Source: a virus. From it: a stretch of DNA of 64,000 bases. The translations under genes were made by a program, and so were the position numbers. The notes under the pieces were generated by a model. It ran no database searches. It was not told where the DNA came from and worked only from the letters and a program-made list of their open reading frames with translations. The stretch is taken from positions 32,001 through 96,000 of IMG/VR virus record IMGVR_UViG_3300035698_022475. The stretch is one strand, 5' to 3'. This document shows, in pieces, positions 9,402-18,466 of the stretch. Within the stretch, counting starts at the first letter, position 1; each line of letters starts with the position of its first letter.

Positions 9402-12400
9402 TTCGTACCCTCTCCCCCTGTCAATATTGTACGGCTTAAGAACACAATATACTGTTCCAAAATACTATCCCAGTCGAACCGCGTCTGTGGGTGAAGGCAC
9501 TTGTACTGGCTATTCGCCTGTCCCAGCATGGACATCATACCCAGCCCCTCTCCTGTCTCCATATCCACATTCGTAATCGCCTGTACATACTTTCGAAACT
9601 TATCACTTTTTCCAGTAGACTTATTCCCGAAAGCGGCAGGTACCGGGCCCGGACGCAACTTGTAGATACGAGGATAGTAGTATGTGGGTCGCCCGCTAAT
9701 CGCCTGGGCTGCTGGATGGGACGCTTTCTCAACGACCTTCTGTGCCTTGGCGATCTTGGAAGCATCGTCCTTTCGGTGCCACATCAAGACGTAGTTCTTC
9801 AAAGAACAGGCCGGCCGTGCGACATACGCCATTGCGGCATCATAGCTTCTAGCCTCCTGGATGAAGTTCTTCGTCATTTCCATAATAGGCGTTTCGATCA
9901 AAAAGTCTTTTGCTAAGTAGTCCGCCTTTGCCGGGTCATCTACGACTCTGAAATAATCAGGCTGATGGAATAGGTGTCTGTCCCGCGGCTTTTTCTTCGG
10001 GCCGGAGTTGTCCCCGGGATAGAAGAGTCGGGCATAAAGCTCCTCGGCATCATCAAGGTGCTGGAAGACCTTGCGAACTCCAATAATGGGTTCATACGGG
10101 TGTCCAATGAATTTATTAAGTTCCTCCATAACGGAGACATAGCGGTCTAGCTGCTCTTTCGTCAGTGTTGGATTACCCTGGGCAAAAACGTCTTCTCCAT
10201 TCTGTCCTGTAGGCAGTCCTTCGTTTGTTACGTCTCCCTGGCTCGCCTGGTCAGAAATGGTTTCTCCTACCTCGCTATCCTCCTCGAGACCCACAACCAG
10301 ATACTCTCCCAGCGTCCGCACAAAGGATACAGAAACATTGGTACGCATCTGAGGGCCGTCCGGAGACGCGCTCATGGTGTGGCTTACGCCTGTTACATAT
10401 CCCAAAAAATTAATAGGCGCCGTGGGCTCATCTATTACGGCACAGGGAAAACCTGGAACAATATACGGATTGAATACCAGGCTTAACGACATGTTTCGCT
10501 GCGCGTATTTCTGCCGGTAGAACTCGTACTTAGCAAAGAGGTCAAACGTACCTCCTAGTGCATCTAGAGTAGCAGCCTGTACGACGGCCTCGACGTTCTC
10601 TACGTCCGAGATGTCAATCTCGCTCTCATAAGTAGGAAACCCCGGGTCCCCGTACTTGGCACCCGAGAAATGGGCCCACGCCACTTTGGAGCCTATCGCA
10701 TACGCTTTTGCCGTACCTGTGTCGGGCAACCATCCCGCTTTGTTCTTTACGGGTATGAGTGCTTTGGCCCTCTTCAAACCAGACGGACCCACCGCTGAGT
10801 AGGACGCAAAAGTATCGTTCCAATTAATCGTCCTATACCCGTACTGTGAGAAATTGGTGAGAATAACTCCCTGCAAGTAAAGAAATCCTAGAATCATATT
10901 GAAGCCAGGTTTTGTAAAAATATCCGTCAACGTACCCGAATTCATCACGTTTTTACCTACTAAATGAGCGTCGTAATACGCGAGAGTCTCTTTTCCTATC
11001 GCATCATCAGGGATTGCGTAGCGGATGGATTCTATTAGGTTATGAAATTCCGCATTCCAATCAAACCGTTTTGCTTTATTTGCGGCAGGTAAAACACCAG
11101 AATCGTCGCGCCCCTTTACAAAAATCTGCATTAACCCATAAGCCCCGCCGGCTCTGTGACTGCTGGGTTTAAACCGAGACTCGTACCACGTGAACCCGTA
11201 AAGGGCTCCCGCCGGAATCGGAGGAATAGTTGCTCCGTTGGGCTTATCCACTTTAACGGTCGGCGCGCTTGTCAGGGCATCTAAGAAGGGCCGTACAAGC
11301 TCGAAGGCATCCCACCCCTTACTCCCTCTCGAAAAACCTTTATCTAGTTGCCCTTGTCTCGTCTTTACCCCTCCGCCTCCGCCTCCCGCTACTCCTCCTT
11401 TTTTTGCTGCCTGTGCCAACAAAAAAAGCCACGGCGGCACATTTAGTCGCGCAGTATTAGGCCCCTTGAAAAACTCCTCGGCATAGATAATAAAATTCTT
11501 AGTGTTATTGGCGGGATCTTGAACATACTGTTTAAGGCGCTGCCGCACCACTACAGGATAGCCTGTCGTCAATTGTTGTGCGATGATGCTGGAAAATCCA
11601 GTGCTCTGACCGTCTCCTTGTGTAAGCAAATCAGTAACAAGCGTCTCTCCCATGTAGAGGCGCGTAGGTTGATTCATATAGTCTTCTTGGAAAGAGAAGT
11701 TCTCTATCATAGAAGGAAAGATGATATTGCATTTTGGAGGTATCCCGAATACCGACTGAGGCTTCACGACAAAAGAGGTAAGGGCTACCTCATGGGATTG
11801 CGACGTCTTATAGGACACTCCCAGATCCTCGCTTGTTCCCGTCTTGGGTTTCGGAATAGCAAGGTCTCCCTTCTTAAGCTCTCTCTCGATATCCCAAGTC
11901 TTTTTGGTCTGTCGAACAGCCGCCGGGGCGGGAATAGGAACAACATCCATGTACATGATCCCGTAGACCATCTGTAGTAACTGCCAGACAGGCTGCGCCT
12001 GTCCTACTCCGTTCATCACGTTCTTCTGCATGATTCGCAGAAGGTGATAACCTTGGATTGCCTTTACGACCGGGAAACAACCAGGCTCCGCGCGTGCCTC
12101 ATCATCCTCGAAAATAGGAAGCGCCACCCATCTGCGGTGGAATCGAGTAGTGAGCATCCACCGACCAAAGAAATTTCGTCCCATAATCGAAACAGCATTA
12201 ATAGGAATGCGGTTGGGGTTCTCAGTTACCTCCGGATTGCCATAGATAGGATCAATAAAGCCTACGAGCGCTTTGAAAATGTTGGTAATGAATTCAATGG
12301 GAGTACGTATAAAGTCGGTCTCATCGAGAATTTCCTCTCCAGCAACCGAATCCGCATGCTCGACTGCCGTCCCGTACGCAGGACCTTGTGCCCCTGCACT

Positions 12401-12943
12401 GGTGTTAGTAGCTTCAGACCCTCCCGTACTCTCCGCCTCTCCGCCGTCCGCCTTCGCTCCCTGCGGTACGAGCCCGCTTATGAACAATGATGATGGGAAA
12501 TAAACCTTAGCGCCAGAACCTGCGTGTCCCGCTGTAGCAAACGCAGCACCCCCGCCTACGATAATATCGTCGACATTGGACATGTAAAAGAAGAAGAGCT
12601 GTGCAAAAATCTGAAGGTGCGAAACACAGTTTAACTGTAGAGTGCGCCCGAACGAAGAGTTTGTGTACGCCCAACCTACAATTTCATACTCCCCCAAAAG
12701 CCGGAATGTCGGGTCTGCAGGATTCTTGAATACATCCAAGAAGAAGATAGCAACCTGAATACGATCCTCGTTCCCTAGCCGCTGCAAGTACGGGTGGGGC
12801 ACCATTTCGATGGTGGCCATTGGGAACTTCCACACCTCGAAGGAGGTGTTGACACTCATCACGGGAACTTCGAGGCCGTTGATATATACAAGCCAGTGGG
12901 CGTTCTTAAACGTGTTCAGTGTGTATTCAGTAGTCTCTGCCAT
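9398..12943 (-). CDS. Baseplate hub/tail lysin with internal soluble lytic transglycosylase domain
   Basis: N-terminal VYINGLEVPV hub-like strand, central WYESRF...GAYGLMQI SLT motifs, later FNPYIVPGFP...GYVTGVSH hub motif. Confidence 0.75.
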   Translation of the reverse strand: MAETTEYTLNTFKNAHWLVYINGLEVPVMSVNTSFEVWKFPMATIEMVPHPYLQRLGNEDRIQVAIFFLDVFKNPADPTFRLLGEYEIVGWAYTNSSFGRTLQLNCVSHLQIFAQLFFFYMSNVDDIIVGGGAAFATAGHAGSGAKVYFPSSLFISGLVPQGAKADGGEAESTGGSEATNTSAGAQGPAYGTAVEHADSVAGEEILDETDFIRTPIEFITNIFKALVGFIDPIYGNPEVTENPNRIPINAVSIMGRNFFGRWMLTTRFHRRWVALPIFEDDEARAEPGCFPVVKAIQGYHLLRIMQKNVMNGVGQAQPVWQLLQMVYGIMYMDVVPIPAPAAVRQTKKTWDIERELKKGDLAIPKPKTGTSEDLGVSYKTSQSHEVALTSFVVKPQSVFGIPPKCNIIFPSMIENFSFQEDYMNQPTRLYMGETLVTDLLTQGDGQSTGFSSIIAQQLTTGYPVVVRQRLKQYVQDPANNTKNFIIYAEEFFKGPNTARLNVPPWLFLLAQAAKKGGVAGGGGGGVKTRQGQLDKGFSRGSKGWDAFELVRPFLDALTSAPTVKVDKPNGATIPPIPAGALYGFTWYESRFKPSSHRAGGAYGLMQIFVKGRDDSGVLPAANKAKRFDWNAEFHNLIESIRYAIPDDAIGKETLAYYDAHLVGKNVMNSGTLTDIFTKPGFNMILGFLYLQGVILTNFSQYGYRTINWNDTFASYSAVGPSGLKRAKALIPVKNKAGWLPDTGTAKAYAIGSKVAWAHFSGAKYGDPGFPTYESEIDISDVENVEAVVQAATLDALGGTFDLFAKYEFYRQKYAQRNMSLSLVFNPYIVPGFPCAVIDEPTAPINFLGYVTGVSHTMSASPDGPQMRTNVSVSFVRTLGEYLVVGLEEDSEVGETISDQASQGDVTNEGLPTGQNGEDVFAQGNPTLTKEQLDRYVSVMEELNKFIGHPYEPIIGVRKVFQHLDDAEELYARLFYPGDNSGPKKKPRDRHLFHQPDYFRVVDDPAKADYLAKDFLIETPIMEMTKNFIQEARSYDAAMAYVARPACSLKNYVLMWHRKDDASKIAKAQKVVEKASHPAAQAISGRPTYYYPRIYKLRPGPVPAAFGNKSTGKSDKFRKYVQAITNVDMETGEGLGMMSMLGQANSQYKCLHPQTRFDWDSILEQYIVFLSRTILTGGEGTK

Positions 12944-12947
12944 CGGA

Positions 12948-13445
12948 TCACCGCATCTCAATCAGTGTCGCGGTCAAAATAAACGCGCACCGTGCTGCTA
13001 CTCGTAGTATGGGGCTCGAGGACTTCAACGCTTCTGAGATTACCGCTACGTTATTAGGATTTACGCCGTAATTTTTGAGGCTTTCAATACCCCCGCGAAA
13101 CTGGAAGTCATACCCTGACAGTTCCCGGTCGATGACTACACTGTTTCTCTTCTCACAAATGAGCGTCTTGATCTCCGAATACCGCGGATTCACCGTCGTG
13201 AACAATGGTCCGACATTACTGTTCAACGTCCGAAGGAGGCACTCTCGGGTTTGGACTGCAACTAGGTTGATGTCCACTATCTTCTCCAAGAGGAGTTTTC
13301 GGAGAAGCTCTGCTCCTGAAACTACCGTGAAGGGCCGCGCCATCACTACCTCGATGTTAATCATGGGACCGCGGTGGCACTTTCGCCCAAGGGGTTCAAG
13401 GGGTCGGTTGGCTGTGTTGAATTCCCATTCGTATGTCATGGCCAA
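12948..13445 (-). CDS. Hypothetical protein in tail operon
   Basis: Tightly packed co-oriented ORF. Confidence 0.5.
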   Translation of the reverse strand: MAMTYEWEFNTANRPLEPLGRKCHRGPMINIEVVMARPFTVVSGAELLRKLLLEKIVDINLVAVQTRECLLRTLNSNVGPLFTTVNPRYSEIKTLICEKRNSVVIDRELSGYDFQFRGGIESLKNYGVNPNNVAVISEALKSSSPILRVAARCAFILTATLIEMR

Positions 13446-13864
13446 ACCGCCGGTATCTCTTTCGTAGCTTGTTGCCCGAATTCGTCAGCTCCGGTAAATC
13501 GAATTTTAACCGTCTCATGGACAGGCCAATTCCCGACCTTCTCAATCCAAAACTTGATAGTGTGTCCGTCCGGACGCCGTACCTTGGAATGTACCCCGTC
13601 GTAAGGGGGAAGAAACACAGTGCCGTCGAACGCCAGGCTATAGGACGCCCCGTTGTCCTCGCTGATCTCAAGGAGAATATCCTCAATGTCAATCCAACTC
13701 GAATAACAATACGTCGTAAACGTCAGCCACTCATTGACCGGCACATTGAGGGACCCATCCGTTGGGCGCGAAGTATGGAACCGAGCTTCAATGTCGCTCT
13801 TCGGCTCTCCGTACTCCGTCTGCCCGTAGGGGGCTATTCCATATCCTCCTCGATATCGCGCCAT
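13436..13864 (-). CDS. Virion protein with Ig-like domain
   Basis: N-terminal GYG..PYG..EYG motif, then P.DGS.NVPVN Ig-like (Big_5-type) pattern. Confidence 0.5.
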   Translation of the reverse strand: MARYRGGYGIAPYGQTEYGEPKSDIEARFHTSRPTDGSLNVPVNEWLTFTTYCYSSWIDIEDILLEISEDNGASYSLAFDGTVFLPPYDGVHSKVRRPDGHTIKFWIEKVGNWPVHETVKIRFTGADEFGQQATKEIPAVWP

Positions 13865-13867
13865 ACA

Positions 13868-14692
13868 CTACTCCAGTATAAATGCCATCGAAACGGTCAG
13901 GTCGGAAGCGTCTGCTCCACTACCTGGCGTCCACTTGACATCCAGATCCTCGTCCTGGTCGATCTCGGCATTGCCTACGTTGACTTCGTCAGTGGTTGCT
14001 GCCCAGGTCTGCGACGTTCCGACCGCGAGATCCGAGGTGAGTGCGTTCACACCCTCGATCATCGGCGCGACGGTCGCCGCGGAGCCCGTGTCGGCGCCAT
14101 ACAGGTAGCCCAGGCATCGAACCATGTGCGCCGTGCCTCGCTGCCACCGGCAAACGGCTTTGTTCACATCCTCTACTATCGTGTCAGTTGTTCTATCTAA
14201 CAGCGCACCCTTGACGCTAAAATCCATCTGAACGACTCGGCTATAGTCCCCGATGAAAACAAGACCCGACGTGATCACAGTCGGAAGCAATCCCGCCACT
14301 GTCACCGTACCGGAACTGTAGCTCGTGACAAGCAAGTAGCGGTTGGGGCCACTATTGTTTGCTATGATCGGGCGCCCCGGCTTGAACGTACCTTGTGCTG
14401 TCGCGGTGTCTGTCACTGAAAAGGTCTCGGAGGAAAGCCGCGTGACAGACTCACTGTACCGCACCCACGAAGAACCAATGCCCCCACCGAGATCCCACCT
14501 GTCATCTCTGTAAAAACGGATATCCCAATAAACGGTGTCGAGATACCACATCCCGTTATGGGGGGTCCCCGTACCGTCCTTGTTGGAGTCCCACTTCTGG
14601 GCACGAATCCAAGTCAGACACGCAGCATCATTAGCGTGAAGACCCATGTAATTTTTCTGCCCATACGGCGTCTGGAGTACTGGATCTGCCAT
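13868..14692 (-). CDS. Tail fibre-associated protein
   Basis: Beta-rich; N-terminal ~50 aa paralogous to that of 14705-15868. Confidence 0.55.
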   Translation of the reverse strand: MADPVLQTPYGQKNYMGLHANDAACLTWIRAQKWDSNKDGTGTPHNGMWYLDTVYWDIRFYRDDRWDLGGGIGSSWVRYSESVTRLSSETFSVTDTATAQGTFKPGRPIIANNSGPNRYLLVTSYSSGTVTVAGLLPTVITSGLVFIGDYSRVVQMDFSVKGALLDRTTDTIVEDVNKAVCRWQRGTAHMVRCLGYLYGADTGSAATVAPMIEGVNALTSDLAVGTSQTWAATTDEVNVGNAEIDQDEDLDVKWTPGSGADASDLTVSMAFILE

Positions 14693-14704
14693 CGAACTCT
14701 CCTT

Positions 14705-15868
14705 CTAAATTACCGACCAGCCAGTAGCGCCGTCCGTATTGATGTACACGATGCCTCCCGAGGTATCGTAACAGATCATCCCACCCGGTGCCGTGACCGC
14801 TCCATTGGGGTTCCCCGCGTACGTGATCGAACTGAAAATACCGGCCGCTACAACACTCACTCCGCTTTCACTACTGGCCGTGTGTCCCGAAACAACAGTA
14901 GCATCCGCAGGGTCCGCGTCCAGCTCACCGTGAACAGCCTGCGCAATACCGTCACCCGCAACATCGCCATGGAGCATGGTCTTACGGATACCATCAGTCG
15001 CAACTTGCAACTCAAACAACCCATTAAGATCTAACGACGAGCCGTCCGGGGCTGCGGCAATATCGTCTGCCGTAAACGAGAGTCCTCCTCGAGTCTCAAT
15101 AGTACCGTCTCCAGCATGGATAGTATCTCCGTCCTTTGTGAGTCCGGTGCCCGCAGTGATTTGTCCAGCTCCCGTGAACTGTACAAACGCCAGATTGTCC
15201 GTATCTATCACGTCATTGGGAGCATTCGTAGTACACACCCACCCCGTATCCGCATAGACCGTTCCCTCTCTCGCAAACACGTATGCGGCTGCCGCTTCAT
15301 CACCTGTATCGAAATCGGAAGGCCGCGTGACCACACCAGTATGTACTTCCCAAATACCGTTGTCCTTTGGGTCCGTATTGGCCGTCAGCAACACGCGGTC
15401 CCCGTCCACGAGTGTTACCCCGTCAATTGTCGGCAGGCCCGAGCCGTCGAAGTTCGTATCGGCAATGACCCGAACACTCGCCTTGGGATCGAGTCCCTGT
15501 GCCGCCGCCGCTAGAGTGTCCTCTGTGACGTACTTATTGGTCCCTGAAGGCGTCCCGGAGCCCGCAAGCGCGGCCTTCTCGTCACTTGACGGGTCGTTGG
15601 CATTACTGTGGTGATCGGTAGCCGTTTGTCCAGTCGTGTCTGCATGCGCAATAGAGCCGGCGACCATGGGTGCCCAGCTACTCCCGTTGTATACGTACAT
15701 CGTATACGGAGCGCCTGCCCCTGTAAGCGCCCACATGCCCTCGTAGGGCGACCCTGAGCCGTCCCCGTTCGTATCCCAATGCCGTGCACGGATCCAAGTC
15801 AGTGCTGCATTCGTGTCCACGTGTTGTCCCACGTATACGTGCTGTCCGAAAGGCGCGTGCAATGTCAT
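14705..15868 (-). CDS. Tail fibre/decoration protein
   Basis: GLDPKASVR...IDGVTL.DGDRVLL..NTDPKDNGIW...AYVFAREGT...FVQFTGAGQITAGTGLTKDG, a common phage fibre domain. Confidence 0.75.
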   Translation of the reverse strand: MTLHAPFGQHVYVGQHVDTNAALTWIRARHWDTNGDGSGSPYEGMWALTGAGAPYTMYVYNGSSWAPMVAGSIAHADTTGQTATDHHSNANDPSSDEKAALAGSGTPSGTNKYVTEDTLAAAAQGLDPKASVRVIADTNFDGSGLPTIDGVTLVDGDRVLLTANTDPKDNGIWEVHTGVVTRPSDFDTGDEAAAAYVFAREGTVYADTGWVCTTNAPNDVIDTDNLAFVQFTGAGQITAGTGLTKDGDTIHAGDGTIETRGGLSFTADDIAAAPDGSSLDLNGLFELQVATDGIRKTMLHGDVAGDGIAQAVHGELDADPADATVVSGHTASSESGVSVVAAGIFSSITYAGNPNGAVTAPGGMICYDTSGGIVYINTDGATGWSVI

Positions 15869-15883
15869 TTTCCTTCTCCTTGG

Positions 15884-18457
15884 TTAGAGAACACCCCAAG
15901 TGGATGTCCCGCCTGCCTCGCAGACATAGTAAATCCCTGCCACGGTGTCTTTGTATATTTGTCCCGCATAAGCACCAGTAATGGGTACTACACGAGGATC
16001 TCCCACGCCAGAAACAAACGCAGGCACCGCTGCCTTGGCCGCCAAGCCGTCAATCGCTTCGGCCACCGTCGTTGGCAGGGGAAGATCCCAATCACTCGGA
16101 TTGCCGGGCGTGTACCCGTAATCAACCCAACCGCGCTCTATCCGCGCCCAGGCCCAATTAAAAGCTGAAGGGCCATTGATCCAACATGATCCAGTAGACC
16201 CCACATCGAAAACGACAACACGAAGCCACATGCCAGACTCGAGATACTGCTCAAGCGGTGGCAAGTTGAGCGCTCCATGATCGTCGGCGACCCCGTGGAT
16301 GGTATCGAAGGTCTTCGTCTGAATAATGTCGTTCCACGTCGACCCGCTATCGTCCGAGTACTGCCAGCACGCGCCGCACGAGAACCCGTCCAGTATGATC
16401 GCGGTGTCCTGCTCGAACGGCAAGTTGTACGAAAGCCGGTAGTCGGCATTCGTCTCAATCTGGATTACGCCAGGGCTGATAACCGTGTACGAGCCCCCGA
16501 TGACCGGCGTAGTGGAAAAGGGCAACAAGAGCGGGTTTGCCTCCGGCACGCCTCCCATCGCTTGCTGGCCGCACGTCTCCATCTGCACGCGGTCGTAGTT
16601 TGCACAACCCCCACTGTCCCCGAGCAGTTGCCAAATTGTGCTGCTGTTCTGATTACAGATATAGTAGTCGTCGACATCCGTGTCTCGATAGAATAGTCCA
16701 GCGTGCCCGCTGACAGACCCGTTGGGATCCCCCGACCCGCTCAGAAGTCCGTTGTCGACAGGCTTCCAGACCGGCACCGCTTCCGTACCGATGTTCTGGT
16801 ACAACTGATAGCCCGGGAAATCGCCTCCCGAACTCCACCAAACAAACATGCTTCCCGGCTCGAAACCGCCTCCACCGCCGGGAAGTTCCAAGCCCGATCC
16901 GAGTTTCACCACCGCGTTGAAGATACCGAATTCCAGTTGACCGAACCCTGAAGGCAACACCGTCTCGCTGCTCCCGTCAGGGGCCACGACGCGAATGCCG
17001 CGACGGACATTGCAGTGACCTCTAAGAAGCACCGACGGACCCGAAACGCTGTAGGCTATGTCACCCGCAGTCTCAGGATCAATGTCCACGCCACCTAGCA
17101 AGTACGCTGCTCCACGGATCAAATCGAACACCGTTCCAGCGCCCGACAATTCACCGCCACTGAACCGAACACTCGGACCAGCAACATCCACTAAGGCACA
17201 GGGACCGAGTGCTCCGCCAGTAACCCGGCCCTCGTAGGTGGTATCAATGGAATTCACATTCGCGTCATCGCCTGTAACCTCAATCGCGTACCCGTTTCCA
17301 GACTTCACATTAGCGTTCCGGATCCACAAAGTCGCGTTATCAACCACTATTCCACGACCACCCGAAGAATTGAGTCCGCCGTCTACCAAACGTAACAGCA
17401 CTCCGTCTCGGATGTTCACACAGTCACTTGCCATACCGTCAAAGAGGTCGTTGTATCCTCCATGCAAAATAACCAGTGCAGTCGGTGCGCCTCCGCCGCC
17501 AGAACCAACCGCGTCGAGGAAGTAGTCTGGGTCGCCGAACATCGCGCTCGGCTGATAAATACTCACAACGGAGAACCCGGCCGTGGCGTCCATCTTGATA
17601 ACGGTCTTGGTAGGTGCCGTACTACCCGGGTTCATCTGGAACCTACAGCCGTTGCCTACAAAAAATGAGTTCTCGAAAATCTCTAAGCCGTAGTCGCCGC
17701 CTGCAATTATAGCTGCTCCGGCAAGACACATGCACGAAAGATCGGGAAGGGGTTTCAGCCTAAGTCCTGTACGCCCCGAGCCGTCGCCTCCCATGCCTCC
17801 GTCTCCGGTAAGGAACAAGCCGCCGCCCTCGTTGAGCATGTAGTTCCCGCTATCGTATGCGTCTATAGAACTGGTGTCTAACAGGACAAATGGCTCACGA
17901 GGCTCGGCCGGGGGTCCGCCATTTGCGTCTCCAATAATTCGCAAGGCCCACGACCCAACTCCATCCGACACCAGACGAACACCGCGAATGACGGTCACGC
18001 CTAATGCTGGTTCAGGGTCCCCGGCGGTTCCAGTGACAGTAAGCACATCGCCAGAACCAGGACGAATCACGGCTCCCACAGGCGAGTCTATGCAGATATA
18101 GTCAGGCATCACGACGTTCTCGGCATACGCAGCTTGCTCAAGACTAAGTGTGGCTGGTCCCCCAATAGTCGCCACGATGTAGTCCACCGCGCCCTGGATA
18201 GTTCGGAACGGTTGTGCCGCCGTGCCTGTCTGTGGCGTGTCCGTATCCGTACGACTCCCGTCAACGTGTATGCGCGTGCTTCCCATTAGGGAACCGCTGA
18301 TGATCGCCCCCACAGGATTTCCCCCACCCATAGCGATGTTGTGGTGATAAGGAATCAGGGCGTGGGTAGGGTTCGACGAGATATGACTCGCAAGATTGGC
18401 CTCGGGAATAATCTCCCCGCACGCCAAACAGAAAACAGATCGGTTCATTCCTGACAT
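15884..18457 (-). CDS. Tailspike/depolymerase-like protein with predicted beta-helix
   Basis: IHVD...GTAAQPFRTIQGAVD (DUF1565-like) followed by Gly-rich pectin-lyase-like beta repeats. Confidence 0.65.
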   Translation of the reverse strand: MSGMNRSVFCLACGEIIPEANLASHISSNPTHALIPYHHNIAMGGGNPVGAIISGSLMGSTRIHVDGSRTDTDTPQTGTAAQPFRTIQGAVDYIVATIGGPATLSLEQAAYAENVVMPDYICIDSPVGAVIRPGSGDVLTVTGTAGDPEPALGVTVIRGVRLVSDGVGSWALRIIGDANGGPPAEPREPFVLLDTSSIDAYDSGNYMLNEGGGLFLTGDGGMGGDGSGRTGLRLKPLPDLSCMCLAGAAIIAGGDYGLEIFENSFFVGNGCRFQMNPGSTAPTKTVIKMDATAGFSVVSIYQPSAMFGDPDYFLDAVGSGGGGAPTALVILHGGYNDLFDGMASDCVNIRDGVLLRLVDGGLNSSGGRGIVVDNATLWIRNANVKSGNGYAIEVTGDDANVNSIDTTYEGRVTGGALGPCALVDVAGPSVRFSGGELSGAGTVFDLIRGAAYLLGGVDIDPETAGDIAYSVSGPSVLLRGHCNVRRGIRVVAPDGSSETVLPSGFGQLEFGIFNAVVKLGSGLELPGGGGGFEPGSMFVWWSSGGDFPGYQLYQNIGTEAVPVWKPVDNGLLSGSGDPNGSVSGHAGLFYRDTDVDDYYICNQNSSTIWQLLGDSGGCANYDRVQMETCGQQAMGGVPEANPLLLPFSTTPVIGGSYTVISPGVIQIETNADYRLSYNLPFEQDTAIILDGFSCGACWQYSDDSGSTWNDIIQTKTFDTIHGVADDHGALNLPPLEQYLESGMWLRVVVFDVGSTGSCWINGPSAFNWAWARIERGWVDYGYTPGNPSDWDLPLPTTVAEAIDGLAAKAAVPAFVSGVGDPRVVPITGAYAGQIYKDTVAGIYYVCEAGGTSTWGVL

Positions 18458-18466
18458 TGTCGTCTC

